Origin: Sulfolobales archaeon
Lineage (GTDB): Archaea > Thermoproteota > Thermoprotei_A > Sulfolobales > NBVN01
Assembly: GCA_038831135.1 (NCBI GenBank)
Contig: JAWBKW010000004.1
Coordinates: 29,135-93,134 of the forward strand
Reading direction: 5' to 3'
DNA: 64,000 nucleotides
Shown here: in pieces, positions 27,619-37,438 of the stretch
Position numbering within the stretch: the stretch's first letter is position 1
Layout of the letters: each line of letters starts with the position of its first letter
Notes under the pieces: model-generated
Seen by the model: the letters and a program-made list of their open reading frames with translations, nothing else
Told to the model about the DNA's origin: nothing
Database searches by the model: none
Program-made: the position numbers and the translations under genes

Positions 27619-28230
27619 TTACTCCAATTTTTCTAAAAACTCTTTATGCGTCATCACTTCAGCAATTAAAGGAAATAACTTCTCCTCAGCGTATTTCTGT
27701 TCCTCCCAAGAACTGGCGGCTGTACAATCCTTTATTATAATTACTTTATAGTTCAAATCGAAAGCGGTCCTAGCCGTAGACTCAACACATACGTTAGTTA
27801 GGAACCCAGCTATGGCTACGTTTTTAATCCCCCTATATCTTAATATAACATCTAGATTAGTTCCGTGGAAGCCGTCTAAACCCCTCTTTCCTTCAACATA
27901 TATATCGATATAAGGTTTTAATTCATCGATGAATTCCGCTCCCTTAGTACCTCTTCGGAACACCCCTAATTTCTTCACATTAGCTTTAATACCGAATTCC
28001 TGGCCTAGGTCCTTATAGTCGCTTTCGAAAACTATGGGGCACCCAATAATTAAGACACCCTTATTCCTAGCACTCCTAACCAGCTCTACGGTATTCTCTA
28101 TTACGTTATAACCCTTTAATACGGTTTCCACAGCTGAATACAGTGGGTATCCTTGCTTGCAAAAATCGTTCTGAAATTCTATCAGAACTATAGCGGTTTC
28201 ATTCACCTTAAAACCCATGTATAACACCAC
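27619..28230 (-). CDS. Isochorismatase-family cysteine hydrolase
   Basis: IEFQNDF, GKRG, GFLTNVCVESTAR. Confidence 0.9.
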   Translation of the reverse strand: MVLYMGFKVNETAIVLIEFQNDFCKQGYPLYSAVETVLKGYNVIENTVELVRSARNKGVLIIGCPIVFESDYKDLGQEFGIKANVKKLGVFRRGTKGAEFIDELKPYIDIYVEGKRGLDGFHGTNLDVILRYRGIKNVAIAGFLTNVCVESTARTAFDLNYKVIIIKDCTAASSWEEQKYAEEKLFPLIAEVMTHKEFLEKLE

Positions 28231-28327
28231 TCACAATTATAATTATTAAATAAAATTTAAAAATTTATAATTGTTATACCATTTTGTAATAATAAAATAA
28301 ATATTTTCTTAAGGTAACTTACTTCAG

Positions 28328-28921
28328 TTGGTTAGGTATTTGGTGGCACTAAGTAGAAATACATTAGTTATAGGAGTAACGCTATTATCCATAGCCTTCA
28401 TACCGTTCCCCCCTGAGCTCTTAAATATTTTAAGAATTAATTCTTTCTTCCTAGGCTTGATTTTCTTTACGCTAGGAGCTATGCTTTCAGGATATTCTCT
28501 AAATGATAAAAAATTAATAAAATATCCCATGTTGATAATTTTACAAATTATTATGGTATTATTTTCACTAACTTTAATTATTTTAGAGCATAAGGCCCCT
28601 CACAATATCTACGTTTTTAATAAGGTAATTATAGTCACTACGTTAGTTAGTTTTCTTACTCTATACATCTATATATGGAGATTATTTAAGAAGAAATTTA
28701 AATCCATTAATAAAGCCATATACGATGCTGTTTCTATGATAATAGCTATTTCTCTAGCTATCTCAACATACCTAATGCCGAAAATTATAACTATTTTTAC
28801 AGGTGTCTGTACGTATGAATTTTCTGAGGACCAATTAAGGTATTACTATATGCTTTCAGTGATAATGTTTCCCTCACTACTAATACTTTCCCTTATATAT
28901 TCGTCTTTACCTGATTTCTAG
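28328..28921 (+). CDS. Hypothetical multi-pass membrane protein
   Basis: 197 aa, about 6 hydrophobic segments, very AT-rich; 3' end overlaps the convergent epimerase gene. Confidence 0.55.
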   Translation: MVRYLVALSRNTLVIGVTLLSIAFIPFPPELLNILRINSFFLGLIFFTLGAMLSGYSLNDKKLIKYPMLIILQIIMVLFSLTLIILEHKAPHNIYVFNKVIIVTTLVSFLTLYIYIWRLFKKKFKSINKAIYDAVSMIIAISLAISTYLMPKIITIFTGVCTYEFSEDQLRYYYMLSVIMFPSLLILSLIYSSLPDF

Positions 28922-29830
28922 GAACTCTTTAATCCCATCAATAATACTTACTGAAGGTTTGAATCCTAATAATTTAGTAATTTTCGATATATCCGCATAG
29001 CTGTGAAGTATATCACCAACTCTAGGAGGCATATAAACAACACCTACTTTAGAGCCTCTAACGGATTGAACGAGATTAGCTAATTCATTAATACTTAAAG
29101 GCACCCCACTACCGACATTATATACCTCATTAACATATTTGGTTGTAAGCGATAATTCTACAGCCTTACATACATCCCTTACATGTATGAAGTCTCTTGA
29201 CTGCTCACCGCTCCCAAATATCGTAAGCGGTAGGTCTTTCTTAACCATATCAATAAATTTTATGATTACCCCCGAATAGTGGGTTAATTTCTGCCCCGGA
29301 CCATACACATTAAACAGACGTAGGATTATAAAACCGTATCCGTATAATTGTGAGAATAACTTAACGATTCCCTCACCAAATAACTTACTTAATCCGTAAG
29401 GTGATTTAGGATTAGTGGGATGCTCCTCCTTAATTGGGAGTTCGATCGGGTCGCCGTAAACCGCAGCAGAACTTAAGTATATCACTCTCCTAACACCGAA
29501 GTCCTTCACAACCCTTACAACATTTAACGTTCCCATAACGTTATTCTTGAAATACTCCTCAGGTTTCTCCAAAGATTCTTCTACACTTATTAGGGCTGCA
29601 GCATGTACTACCGCATCAGGTCTGATAGAGCCCATACTATCTCTTAATGAGTTAAGGTCAGTAACATCACTGATAACTAACTTAATATTATTGTCTTGTA
29701 AGGCCTTCACTGCATCGTTAGTTGAGCGAGTTAAATTATCAATGCATATAACTTCGTAGCCAAGACTATTTAAATATATAGCTAAATGATGCCCTATGAA
29801 GCCAGCCCCGCCTGTAATCAATACCCTCAA
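28907..29830 (-). CDS. NAD-dependent epimerase/dehydratase (UDP-glucose 4-epimerase-like)
   Basis: TGGAGFIG, SSAAVYG, YGLSK, RLFNVYGP. Confidence 0.92.
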   Translation of the reverse strand: MRVLITGGAGFIGHHLAIYLNSLGYEVICIDNLTRSTNDAVKALQDNNIKLVISDVTDLNSLRDSMGSIRPDAVVHAAALISVEESLEKPEEYFKNNVMGTLNVVRVVKDFGVRRVIYLSSAAVYGDPIELPIKEEHPTNPKSPYGLSKLFGEGIVKLFSQLYGYGFIILRLFNVYGPGQKLTHYSGVIIKFIDMVKKDLPLTIFGSGEQSRDFIHVRDVCKAVELSLTTKYVNEVYNVGSGVPLSINELANLVQSVRGSKVGVVYMPPRVGDILHSYADISKITKLLGFKPSVSIIDGIKEFLEIR

Positions 29831-30669
29831 TCAACACCCTCAATTCCAGCTATAATTTCCGATACCACTTTCTTTAAGGAATTAGTTACCGGACTATCTG
29901 GATACTTAAGGACGTAAGGTGTGCCACTATCCATACATTCACTAACTCTTGGGTCTAATGGTATAGAGCCTAAATACTTAATATTTAATTCCTCAGCGAG
30001 TTCCTTACCTGCACTTCCTGGGAATATGGAATACGTCTGATTACTTGAAGGACATAGGAACTCCTTCATATTCTCAACAATGCCTAACACAGGTACCTGA
30101 AGTTCTCTGCAGAACCTAATCGCCTTCCTAACAACTAATTTCGAAAGCGACGTAGGTATGGTAATTATTAAGGCTCCTGTAAGTTTCCTAATGTATTGAG
30201 CCACACTTAATGCTTCATCACCGGTCCCAGGAGGTAAATCTATAAATAAATAATCAAGGCTTCCCCAATTAACACTCGATAAGAATTCACCGATGAGCCT
30301 CCCTTTCAGAGGGCCCCTCCAAATCAATGGCAAGTCGTCCTCGGGGAGGAAAAATTGAGTAGACATAACCTTAATGCCTAAGGGACCTGCAACCGGTTCC
30401 AATCCTTCAGAACCCATAGTTATTTGAGGGTTGGTGATGCCTAAGGCTTTAGGTATGGATGGACCGTGAATATCTGCGTCAAGAACACCGACACTCTTAC
30501 CCATAGAAGCAGTTATAACTGCCAATGACGCCGTTAAGAAACTCTTACCAACACCTCCCTTACCACTAACGATTGCGATTTTATGCTTAATGGACTGCAT
30601 TCTCTTATCTATTAACTTATTGAGTTCTTCATAAGATTTCGGCTTAGCGCTATCACCCATACACACCAC
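29827..30669 (-). CDS. mrp: Mrp/NBP35 (ApbC) Fe-S cluster carrier ATPase
   Basis: SGKGGVGKS, DADIHGPS, WRGP, DLPPGTGD, VENM. Confidence 0.93.
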   Translation of the reverse strand: MVCMGDSAKPKSYEELNKLIDKRMQSIKHKIAIVSGKGGVGKSFLTASLAVITASMGKSVGVLDADIHGPSIPKALGITNPQITMGSEGLEPVAGPLGIKVMSTQFFLPEDDLPLIWRGPLKGRLIGEFLSSVNWGSLDYLFIDLPPGTGDEALSVAQYIRKLTGALIITIPTSLSKLVVRKAIRFCRELQVPVLGIVENMKEFLCPSSNQTYSIFPGSAGKELAEELNIKYLGSIPLDPRVSECMDSGTPYVLKYPDSPVTNSLKKVVSEIIAGIEGVD

Positions 30670-30737
30670 AGGTTAGTAGTTCAGGCAATACATAAAAAAT
30701 TTATTTAATAATAATTTATGTGGCTTAAATTATTAAG

Positions 30738-32051
30738 TTATTTAATTAGTAGGTTCTCCGAAGCTACTTTAAGATACTTCTTTGGCCTAGTTATTAGTTC
30801 TCTTATTTCTTCCTCTAATTCTGTCCTATTCATTGACTTCCTAGCAACTCCCTCCTCCATGGCTTTCTCAGCAACCTTAATTGCCTCATAAACATATAAT
30901 TCAATCTCATCCATTGTCGGTAATATCCTATCCTCTGAAATCCCCTCCTTCTCAGCAAATTCTGCTATAGCATGAGCAGCTGCTAAACACATCCCATCAG
31001 TTATTTTCTTTGCCCTAACAGTTAACGCGCCCCTAAATACTGCAGGAAATGCTAAACTATTATTAACTTGATTCGGGAAATCAGACCTTGCAGTCCCTAC
31101 AACCTTAGCCCCTGCTTCTTTAGCCTCCCAAGGCCATATCTCAGGAATAGGATTAGCCTCAGGGAAGACTACGGGATCGTCGTTCATGGTCTTGATCCAT
31201 TCCGGTTTTATAACACCTGGTCCAGGAGTAGATAACCCTATGAGTACATCAGTCCCTTTAATAGCTTCTGCCATTCCTCCACTCCTACCCTCAGAATTAG
31301 TTATCTCAGCCATTTCCTTCTTCCACCTAACAGCGAAGTCACCGGTTTTTAAGTCAGGTCTATCCCTATGAAGTATACCTTTAGTATCGACCATGTAAAT
31401 GTTTCCAGCCTTAACACCTGCAGCTATCAAGTACTTAGCAGTAGCTATGCCAGCAGCGCCAGAGCCAATTATAGCAACCTTAACATCACTTAATTTCTTA
31501 TTAACGATCTTCAAAGCATTAATTACCGCTGCAACATTTACAACTGCTGTGCCTTGCTGATCATCATGCCATACCGGTACCTCCAACAACTCCCTTAACT
31601 TCTCCAAAATATAGAAACACTTAGGCTGCTCTATATCTTCTAAGTTAATACCTCCAAAGCTAGGCTCTAATAATTTAACAACTTCTATAAACTTATCAGC
31701 GTCAGTAGTTGCTAGAGCCAACGGTATAGCATCAACACCTCCAAGATACTTAAATAGTAATGACTTACCCTCCATAACCGGGAGCCCTGCTTCAGGACCT
31801 ATCTTACCTAAACCGAGAACCCTCGTACCATCAGTGACTACAGCAACTAAATTCCACCTGAAAGTATATTCTAAGGAAAGATCTTTTCCACCGGACTTAA
31901 TCCTCCTACAAGGCTCAGCAACCCCAGGAGTATACCATATAGAGAAATCCTCAAAACTCTTTATAGGTACCTTAGGAACAACTTCTAACTTACCCCTATA
32001 CTTTCGGTGAAGTTCTTCAGAAACAGAATACCAATCCTTTTTCTCACCCAT
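30738..32051 (-). CDS. NAD(P)-dependent malic enzyme
   Basis: YTPGVAEPC, DGTRVLGLG, PVMEGK, NLEDI, HDDQQGTA, NQVNN. Start taken at MGEKK rather than the ORF-track start. Confidence 0.93.
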   Translation of the reverse strand: MGEKKDWYSVSEELHRKYRGKLEVVPKVPIKSFEDFSIWYTPGVAEPCRRIKSGGKDLSLEYTFRWNLVAVVTDGTRVLGLGKIGPEAGLPVMEGKSLLFKYLGGVDAIPLALATTDADKFIEVVKLLEPSFGGINLEDIEQPKCFYILEKLRELLEVPVWHDDQQGTAVVNVAAVINALKIVNKKLSDVKVAIIGSGAAGIATAKYLIAAGVKAGNIYMVDTKGILHRDRPDLKTGDFAVRWKKEMAEITNSEGRSGGMAEAIKGTDVLIGLSTPGPGVIKPEWIKTMNDDPVVFPEANPIPEIWPWEAKEAGAKVVGTARSDFPNQVNNSLAFPAVFRGALTVRAKKITDGMCLAAAHAIAEFAEKEGISEDRILPTMDEIELYVYEAIKVAEKAMEEGVARKSMNRTELEEEIRELITRPKKYLKVASENLLIK

Positions 32052-32135
32052 AAATCTAAACCTCAGGAAAATATCATCAAACATACTTAAAAGTATTTAA
32101 GAATTACCACAATCTATTAATGGAGGTTTTACTGT

Positions 32136-32918
32136 ATGCCTCTATCAGAGGAATCAATTAAAGAAATTATTAATAAGTTATTAGAAGCTGAATTAAGCTG
32201 CAAACCTATCGAATCATTAACTTCTACTTACCCAGAAATTACCTTAGAAGACGCCCGTAAAATTAACTTCGGAATCCTTAATGAAAGAATTAAGAAGGGT
32301 GAAAAAGTAATAGGTTTTAAGGTAGCTTTTACATCAAAGGCTATGCAACAATCTTGGGGTGTAAATAAACCTGAGTGGGGATACCTTACCAGCGGAATGG
32401 TTGTACCAGATGGTGGTGAGGTAGAATTTAAGAAGCTTATTCAGCCTAGAATAGAGCCTGAGATAGCCTTCCTCCTAAAAGAGGACGTTAAAGGCCCGGG
32501 AATCACAACAGCAGATATAATTAAAGCAACAAGCGGGGTCTTACCAGCAATTGAGATCGTTGATAGCAGAATTGCAGGTAAACGTAAGGTAGAAGACTTC
32601 GTTGCTGATAGTTCGGGAGCCTCTAGAGTAGTGTTAGGTGGTAATATAAAGAGTATTGATGGTTTAGACCTTAAGCTCGTTGGATGTGTGGTAGAGATAG
32701 GTGAGGTAGTTGCTACTGCTACAGGTGCCGCAGTACTTGGAAATCCCGTAAACTCCATGGTATTCCTAGCTAATGCTCTTTCCGAAGTTGGGGAGTGTTT
32801 AAGAGCTGGGCAAATAGTTATAACTGGTTCATTAGTGGCTGCAATACCAGTTAAGGCAGGGGATTACGTGAAGGTTAGCTTCGATAGGTTAGGTTCTGTT
32901 TCAGTCAAATTTATCTAA
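32136..32918 (+). CDS. 2-keto-4-pentenoate hydratase-like (FAH superfamily)
   Basis: GFKVAFTS, PRIEPEIAF, EIVDSR, VADSS, VLGNP, ITGS. Confidence 0.88.
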   Translation: MPLSEESIKEIINKLLEAELSCKPIESLTSTYPEITLEDARKINFGILNERIKKGEKVIGFKVAFTSKAMQQSWGVNKPEWGYLTSGMVVPDGGEVEFKKLIQPRIEPEIAFLLKEDVKGPGITTADIIKATSGVLPAIEIVDSRIAGKRKVEDFVADSSGASRVVLGGNIKSIDGLDLKLVGCVVEIGEVVATATGAAVLGNPVNSMVFLANALSEVGECLRAGQIVITGSLVAAIPVKAGDYVKVSFDRLGSVSVKFI

Positions 32919-32931
32919 TTTTTTATAAAAC

Positions 32932-33804
32932 TTATTTTTCCTCCAACTTCGTCATTACTGGTTTATCTGTTGACGCCACAAACATAGCCACTAATATCAT
33001 TCCTGCACCGATTAGTTGATGAAGCAGCATGACTTCACCCAAGAATATATATGAGAAAAACGATGCAGAAACCGGCTCAACTAAGAATATAACTGCGGCA
33101 ACTGCAGGAACTATATATCTTTGACCGTAGACCTGTAAAGCAAACGCCATATTACTACAAACTATCGCTAAGTAACTAATTATGAGAAAAGACCTTAAGT
33201 CTATACCGCCGTAACCGTTAAATAAAATATCCGGAACTACAAACATTAAAGCCGGTACCATCTCAAATAATGTAAAAATTAAAGGGTCACCACCACTATA
33301 TTTACCAACTAAAATTATCTGAGCCGCCCACATAAAAGACCCTAACAAAACGAGGAAGTCACCAATATTAAAACCTGATGAAGGATTCGTCAACATGTAG
33401 AGACCTAGAAGAGATAAGATTAATGTGATACCTAACCTATAACTGTACTCCCCTTTAACTGCCCCAGTATATACGTGTACAAAGACAACGCTTAGACCAG
33501 TGATGAAGGCTGAATTAGAAGCAGATGTATATCTAGTACCCCAACCCTGAAGCCAAAGACCTAATGCATATGCTAACCCCGCCATAATCCCTCCTTTAAT
33601 TAAAGATTTTGAGACCCTATCCCTACGATATATGAGGTAAGGGACTAAACCAGCAATCGCTATTAAACTCCTTACCCACGTATATGTGTACTCATTAACG
33701 AAGGAGGTCACATCCTTTATAGCTGGAAAAGACGTCCCCCACAGCAACGAAGTAAGTAGTAAAGCTACCAAACCCTTCAACCTATTATCAACTAAGACTA
33801 CCAT
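32932..33804 (-). CDS. DMT/EamA family transporter
   Basis: LWGTSF, SAFITG, EPVSA; ten TM segments in two repeats. Confidence 0.88.
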   Translation of the reverse strand: MVVLVDNRLKGLVALLLTSLLWGTSFPAIKDVTSFVNEYTYTWVRSLIAIAGLVPYLIYRRDRVSKSLIKGGIMAGLAYALGLWLQGWGTRYTSASNSAFITGLSVVFVHVYTGAVKGEYSYRLGITLILSLLGLYMLTNPSSGFNIGDFLVLLGSFMWAAQIILVGKYSGGDPLIFTLFEMVPALMFVVPDILFNGYGGIDLRSFLIISYLAIVCSNMAFALQVYGQRYIVPAVAAVIFLVEPVSASFFSYIFLGEVMLLHQLIGAGMILVAMFVASTDKPVMTKLEEK

Positions 33805-33976
33805 ATCGTATCACTAAATCGAATACAATGCAAAGATATTAAGCATTTAACACTTAATTCATGAATTGAATGCATTATTACGGAATTCCTTACATAGATG
33901 ATATCGTTACTACATAAGCAAAAATTTTTAAATCGATTTATAACTATGTTATATTCGTTGGAGGTCCCTAAATATT

Positions 33977-35551
33977 ATGAAGTGTTACACACCTGATGTT
34001 GTTATCGTTGGTGGGGGGATATCAGGCTTATCAACAATGTTCTTCTTAGACCGTAAATCGGGTCCCGGGGAACTAAGCATAGCTGTTATATCTAAGTCAT
34101 CACTTGGTTATGGAACGTCAACATACTACTCAGCAGGTGCCTTTAGATGCCCAGTAGGTGGTTATTCAAGAGAAGATTATATTAAAGATGTTCTAGAAAG
34201 CGGTAGATATGTTAATAGAAAAGCATTAGTTGAATTAGTCGCTAATGAGGCCTTTAACTCTATAACAGCATTAGAGGAATTAAGCCTTAAATTCAAAGTA
34301 TCTAGAGGGACCTTAAGAGTTGTTAGCGATGACCCTTTATTCCCAGGTAAAGAGTTGGTTATGGTTTTGAGGAAATACGCGTTTAGTAGAAAGAATACCA
34401 TAATATTAGAGAATACCCATGTTCTTGATGTAGTGAGAGGTAGTGATTCAAGCTTCTACACGGTCGGTATAACCCATGACGGTAAGCGCGTAATCATTAA
34501 TAGTAAAGTTGTATGTTTGGCTACAGGAGGGGTCTCAAATATATTCATAAGAAGTGATAATCCTCAGCAACTCACATGTGATGGGCATGGCATATCCCTT
34601 AGACTCGGGCTACCATTAGTAGATATGGAGTTCACTCAATTCTTCCCATTGGGTATTGCTGAAGACTCGAAGCCTAGCTTCATGATACCGTTCTCACGGG
34701 GGAAATTAGTGAATAGATTAGGTGAGGATATAGTGCTGAAGTACGGACTTGAAAGTTTAGGTAAGGCTATAATTTACTATAGAGACGCGTTATCAAGGAG
34801 TATCATGACCGAAGTTGCTTTAGGAAATGATGTTGATGGTGCATTACTACTTTATCCGGATGATGTGCAGGACGATCTCTCATCATTTGCTCATGAATTA
34901 ATGAAAAAATTGAAACTGGGGGTGCCGATTAAGGTACTTCCAACCGCGCATTTCTCCATGGGTGGTGTGGAGGTAGATGACGAGGTAAACACCTCTATTA
35001 AGGGATTATATGTTGCCGGCGAGCTAGTAGGAGGTATACATGGAGCTAATAGGTTAGGGGGTAATGCATTAACCTCATGCGTGGTTACGTCAAATAAAGT
35101 AGCTGAAAACATCCTAAAACACATCAACAATGAGTTCCATGAAAGATTAAAAAGCGATTCGAATGAATCTCTAAACGAGGTATTTAAGAGGTACTCCTTA
35201 AGAGGAGGAAGCCTTAGATCTGATGACCTTAAATCTAAAATACGACATATTATGTGGTCTAATGTTGGAGTATTAAGAAGTGATGAATCGATTAAAGAAG
35301 CCCTCAACATACTAAATGAAGTTCATGAGAACCTCGACGATGTAGTAATCGACAACCACATAGATGTGGTTAAATACTCCGAACTAGAAAACCTGTTACT
35401 AGCATCAATGTCTGTGTCATATTCAGCACTCCTAAGAACTGAGAGTAGAGGAAGCCATATCAGAACAGACTATCCACAAGAAGATAGTAAGTGGAGGAGG
35501 AACATAAAAATTAGGTACTATGATAATAGATTCATATATAGGGTGGATTAA
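33977..35551 (+). CDS. SdhA/FrdA/NadB-family flavoprotein
   Basis: VGGGISG, LATGG, DMEFTQF, PTAHFSMGG, HGANRLGGNAL, RTESRGSH. Confidence 0.88.
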   Translation: MKCYTPDVVIVGGGISGLSTMFFLDRKSGPGELSIAVISKSSLGYGTSTYYSAGAFRCPVGGYSREDYIKDVLESGRYVNRKALVELVANEAFNSITALEELSLKFKVSRGTLRVVSDDPLFPGKELVMVLRKYAFSRKNTIILENTHVLDVVRGSDSSFYTVGITHDGKRVIINSKVVCLATGGVSNIFIRSDNPQQLTCDGHGISLRLGLPLVDMEFTQFFPLGIAEDSKPSFMIPFSRGKLVNRLGEDIVLKYGLESLGKAIIYYRDALSRSIMTEVALGNDVDGALLLYPDDVQDDLSSFAHELMKKLKLGVPIKVLPTAHFSMGGVEVDDEVNTSIKGLYVAGELVGGIHGANRLGGNALTSCVVTSNKVAENILKHINNEFHERLKSDSNESLNEVFKRYSLRGGSLRSDDLKSKIRHIMWSNVGVLRSDESIKEALNILNEVHENLDDVVIDNHIDVVKYSELENLLLASMSVSYSALLRTESRGSHIRTDYPQEDSKWRRNIKIRYYDNRFIYRVD

Positions 35552-35574
35552 AATACTTATTTTTATTTAGTGAT

Positions 35575-37086
35575 TTAACCAGAATTATTAAGCACCTCTC
35601 GGACAGCCTTATCAGCTATAACTAAACCATTACCAACGGCATTTGAACCCCAAACATGAATTTCAGTACCTCCTGTAGGCACATTAACTTCAGCACTTCC
35701 TTCGGATATATTAATGGTAGAACTTTCAAGTAATTGCTCTGCTATCGGTTGATTAATATCTAACTTATTATCCTTTAAGATATCGGCCTGTAAAATTAAT
35801 GCAAGTATACCGCTAACATGAGGTGCTGCCATAGAGGTACCACTTACGTAATAGTATTGCCCTGGCTTACCGTTAGCCCATAATGGTGGGTGAGCCGTTC
35901 CATAAGCCGTATATGGTGCAACGACCCAAACACCAGGCGATAAAACATCTAAATCCTGCCCTTCTAAAGCCCTACTACTGAAGTTAGGTATGTAGACCTG
36001 ACCCCTAAGTTCATCAGGATTTTCAGGGACGTCTGAAAGACGCCACCAACCACTCATCTTGAATTGATCTACCCAACCTACTGCACCAACAGATATCACC
36101 TCCTCATATGCCCCTGGATACGACATCCCTTTATCTCCCTCATTCCCAGCAGCCGCTACGACGAAAACACCTTTACTTATTGAGTAATCTATAACTTCTT
36201 TCATAAGTGGTGATGGAGGTCCTCCTAAGCTTAAGCTTATGATTATCGGGTTAACAATGCCTGGTGGGTAAAGGGTGTTCCCCTCACTAGCAATCTCATC
36301 TTCATATAATTTAGTAATGTAATATATTCCTGCTACAACATCTGAAGTGAATCCCCATCCCTGATTACCTATTACCTTAACTGGGATGATCTTAGCGTTT
36401 GGAGCCACTCCATCAATTACGTAGAGATTGTAGACCTTATAACCCAATATCACTGACGTGACCGCCATACCGTGACCGTCTTTATCAGCTTCCCAAGCAT
36501 TCCTATTTAACTCCTTATTAGTTACTAAATATGAAGTCGCCATAGCTCCTAAGAAAGCCGCAGCATGTTCCGTATCTATACTATCTTCGCTGAAGTAGTT
36601 CCTCCAATGAGGTTCAAGTCCTGTGTCAAGGATCGCTATGTAAACCCCCGAACCATTATAACCTAACTCTTCATGAACTACAGATACGTTAATCATATCT
36701 AAGTTCCAAGTAAAATTAGCCCCATGTTCTAAACATTTGCTTGGCAGCGCCTCACCTAATGGTTTCACAATACCTGCTTCACTAATTGATTTAATACCTT
36801 TTAAGGATGTTTTTAAGTTGTTAATTCTTTCATTACTTAAGTATATTGCTAAGCCCCTAAACTCATCAAACCTATATATTATTCTTCCTCCTAAGTTAGA
36901 GATTACTTTAATATCTTCGTCGCTTATATCGCGGTCTAGCACGATCTCAAATACTGAAGGTTTTCCCTGCGCATGTAGTATTGATGTAAACGATGATGCG
37001 ATAATTACTGAAAATATAATCACGGCTATAGTTAGCGAATAGAGATTTAAAGTCTTCACCATTAAGTCAACCCATATATATATCAT
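35575..37086 (-). CDS. Secreted S8 subtilisin-like serine protease with propeptide
   Basis: Signal peptide; ILDTG, GHGMAV, AAGN, SGTSMAAPHVSG. Confidence 0.92.
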   Translation of the reverse strand: MIYIWVDLMVKTLNLYSLTIAVIIFSVIIASSFTSILHAQGKPSVFEIVLDRDISDEDIKVISNLGGRIIYRFDEFRGLAIYLSNERINNLKTSLKGIKSISEAGIVKPLGEALPSKCLEHGANFTWNLDMINVSVVHEELGYNGSGVYIAILDTGLEPHWRNYFSEDSIDTEHAAAFLGAMATSYLVTNKELNRNAWEADKDGHGMAVTSVILGYKVYNLYVIDGVAPNAKIIPVKVIGNQGWGFTSDVVAGIYYITKLYEDEIASEGNTLYPPGIVNPIIISLSLGGPPSPLMKEVIDYSISKGVFVVAAAGNEGDKGMSYPGAYEEVISVGAVGWVDQFKMSGWWRLSDVPENPDELRGQVYIPNFSSRALEGQDLDVLSPGVWVVAPYTAYGTAHPPLWANGKPGQYYYVSGTSMAAPHVSGILALILQADILKDNKLDINQPIAEQLLESSTINISEGSAEVNVPTGGTEIHVWGSNAVGNGLVIADKAVREVLNNSG

Positions 37087-37147
37087 ATGAGATATAAATA
37101 AAACTTATTATTTCATAGGACTTCCCTTTTACCGGGGATGTGTTGTA

Positions 37148-37438
37148 GTGGTTGATGACAGTTTCTGTAGCGATAACGTCATATATATCGGTAAGAAATT
37201 CTTTATGAGATATGTAGTAGCTGTTTTGGTGAAATTTAATAAATTTAATTGTAGTGAAGTAGTGCTTAAGGCTCGTGGAAGCAACGTCTCTAAAGCAGTA
37301 CTAATAGCTGAGTCGTCAAAGCAATTGATTAAGAACCTTAATTATCGCTCAATCGTTTTAGGTTCTTCATACCTCGAGTTAGGGGGACTAAGAAAGAGAT
37401 TATCAACTATTAAGATAGTTATTTCTAGAGTTGATTGA
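37148..37438 (+). CDS. alba: Alba-family chromatin protein (divergent paralog)
   Basis: IYIGKK..MRYV, VVLKARG..SKAV..AE, STIKIVI. Confidence 0.8.
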   Translation: MVDDSFCSDNVIYIGKKFFMRYVVAVLVKFNKFNCSEVVLKARGSNVSKAVLIAESSKQLIKNLNYRSIVLGSSYLELGGLRKRLSTIKIVISRVD

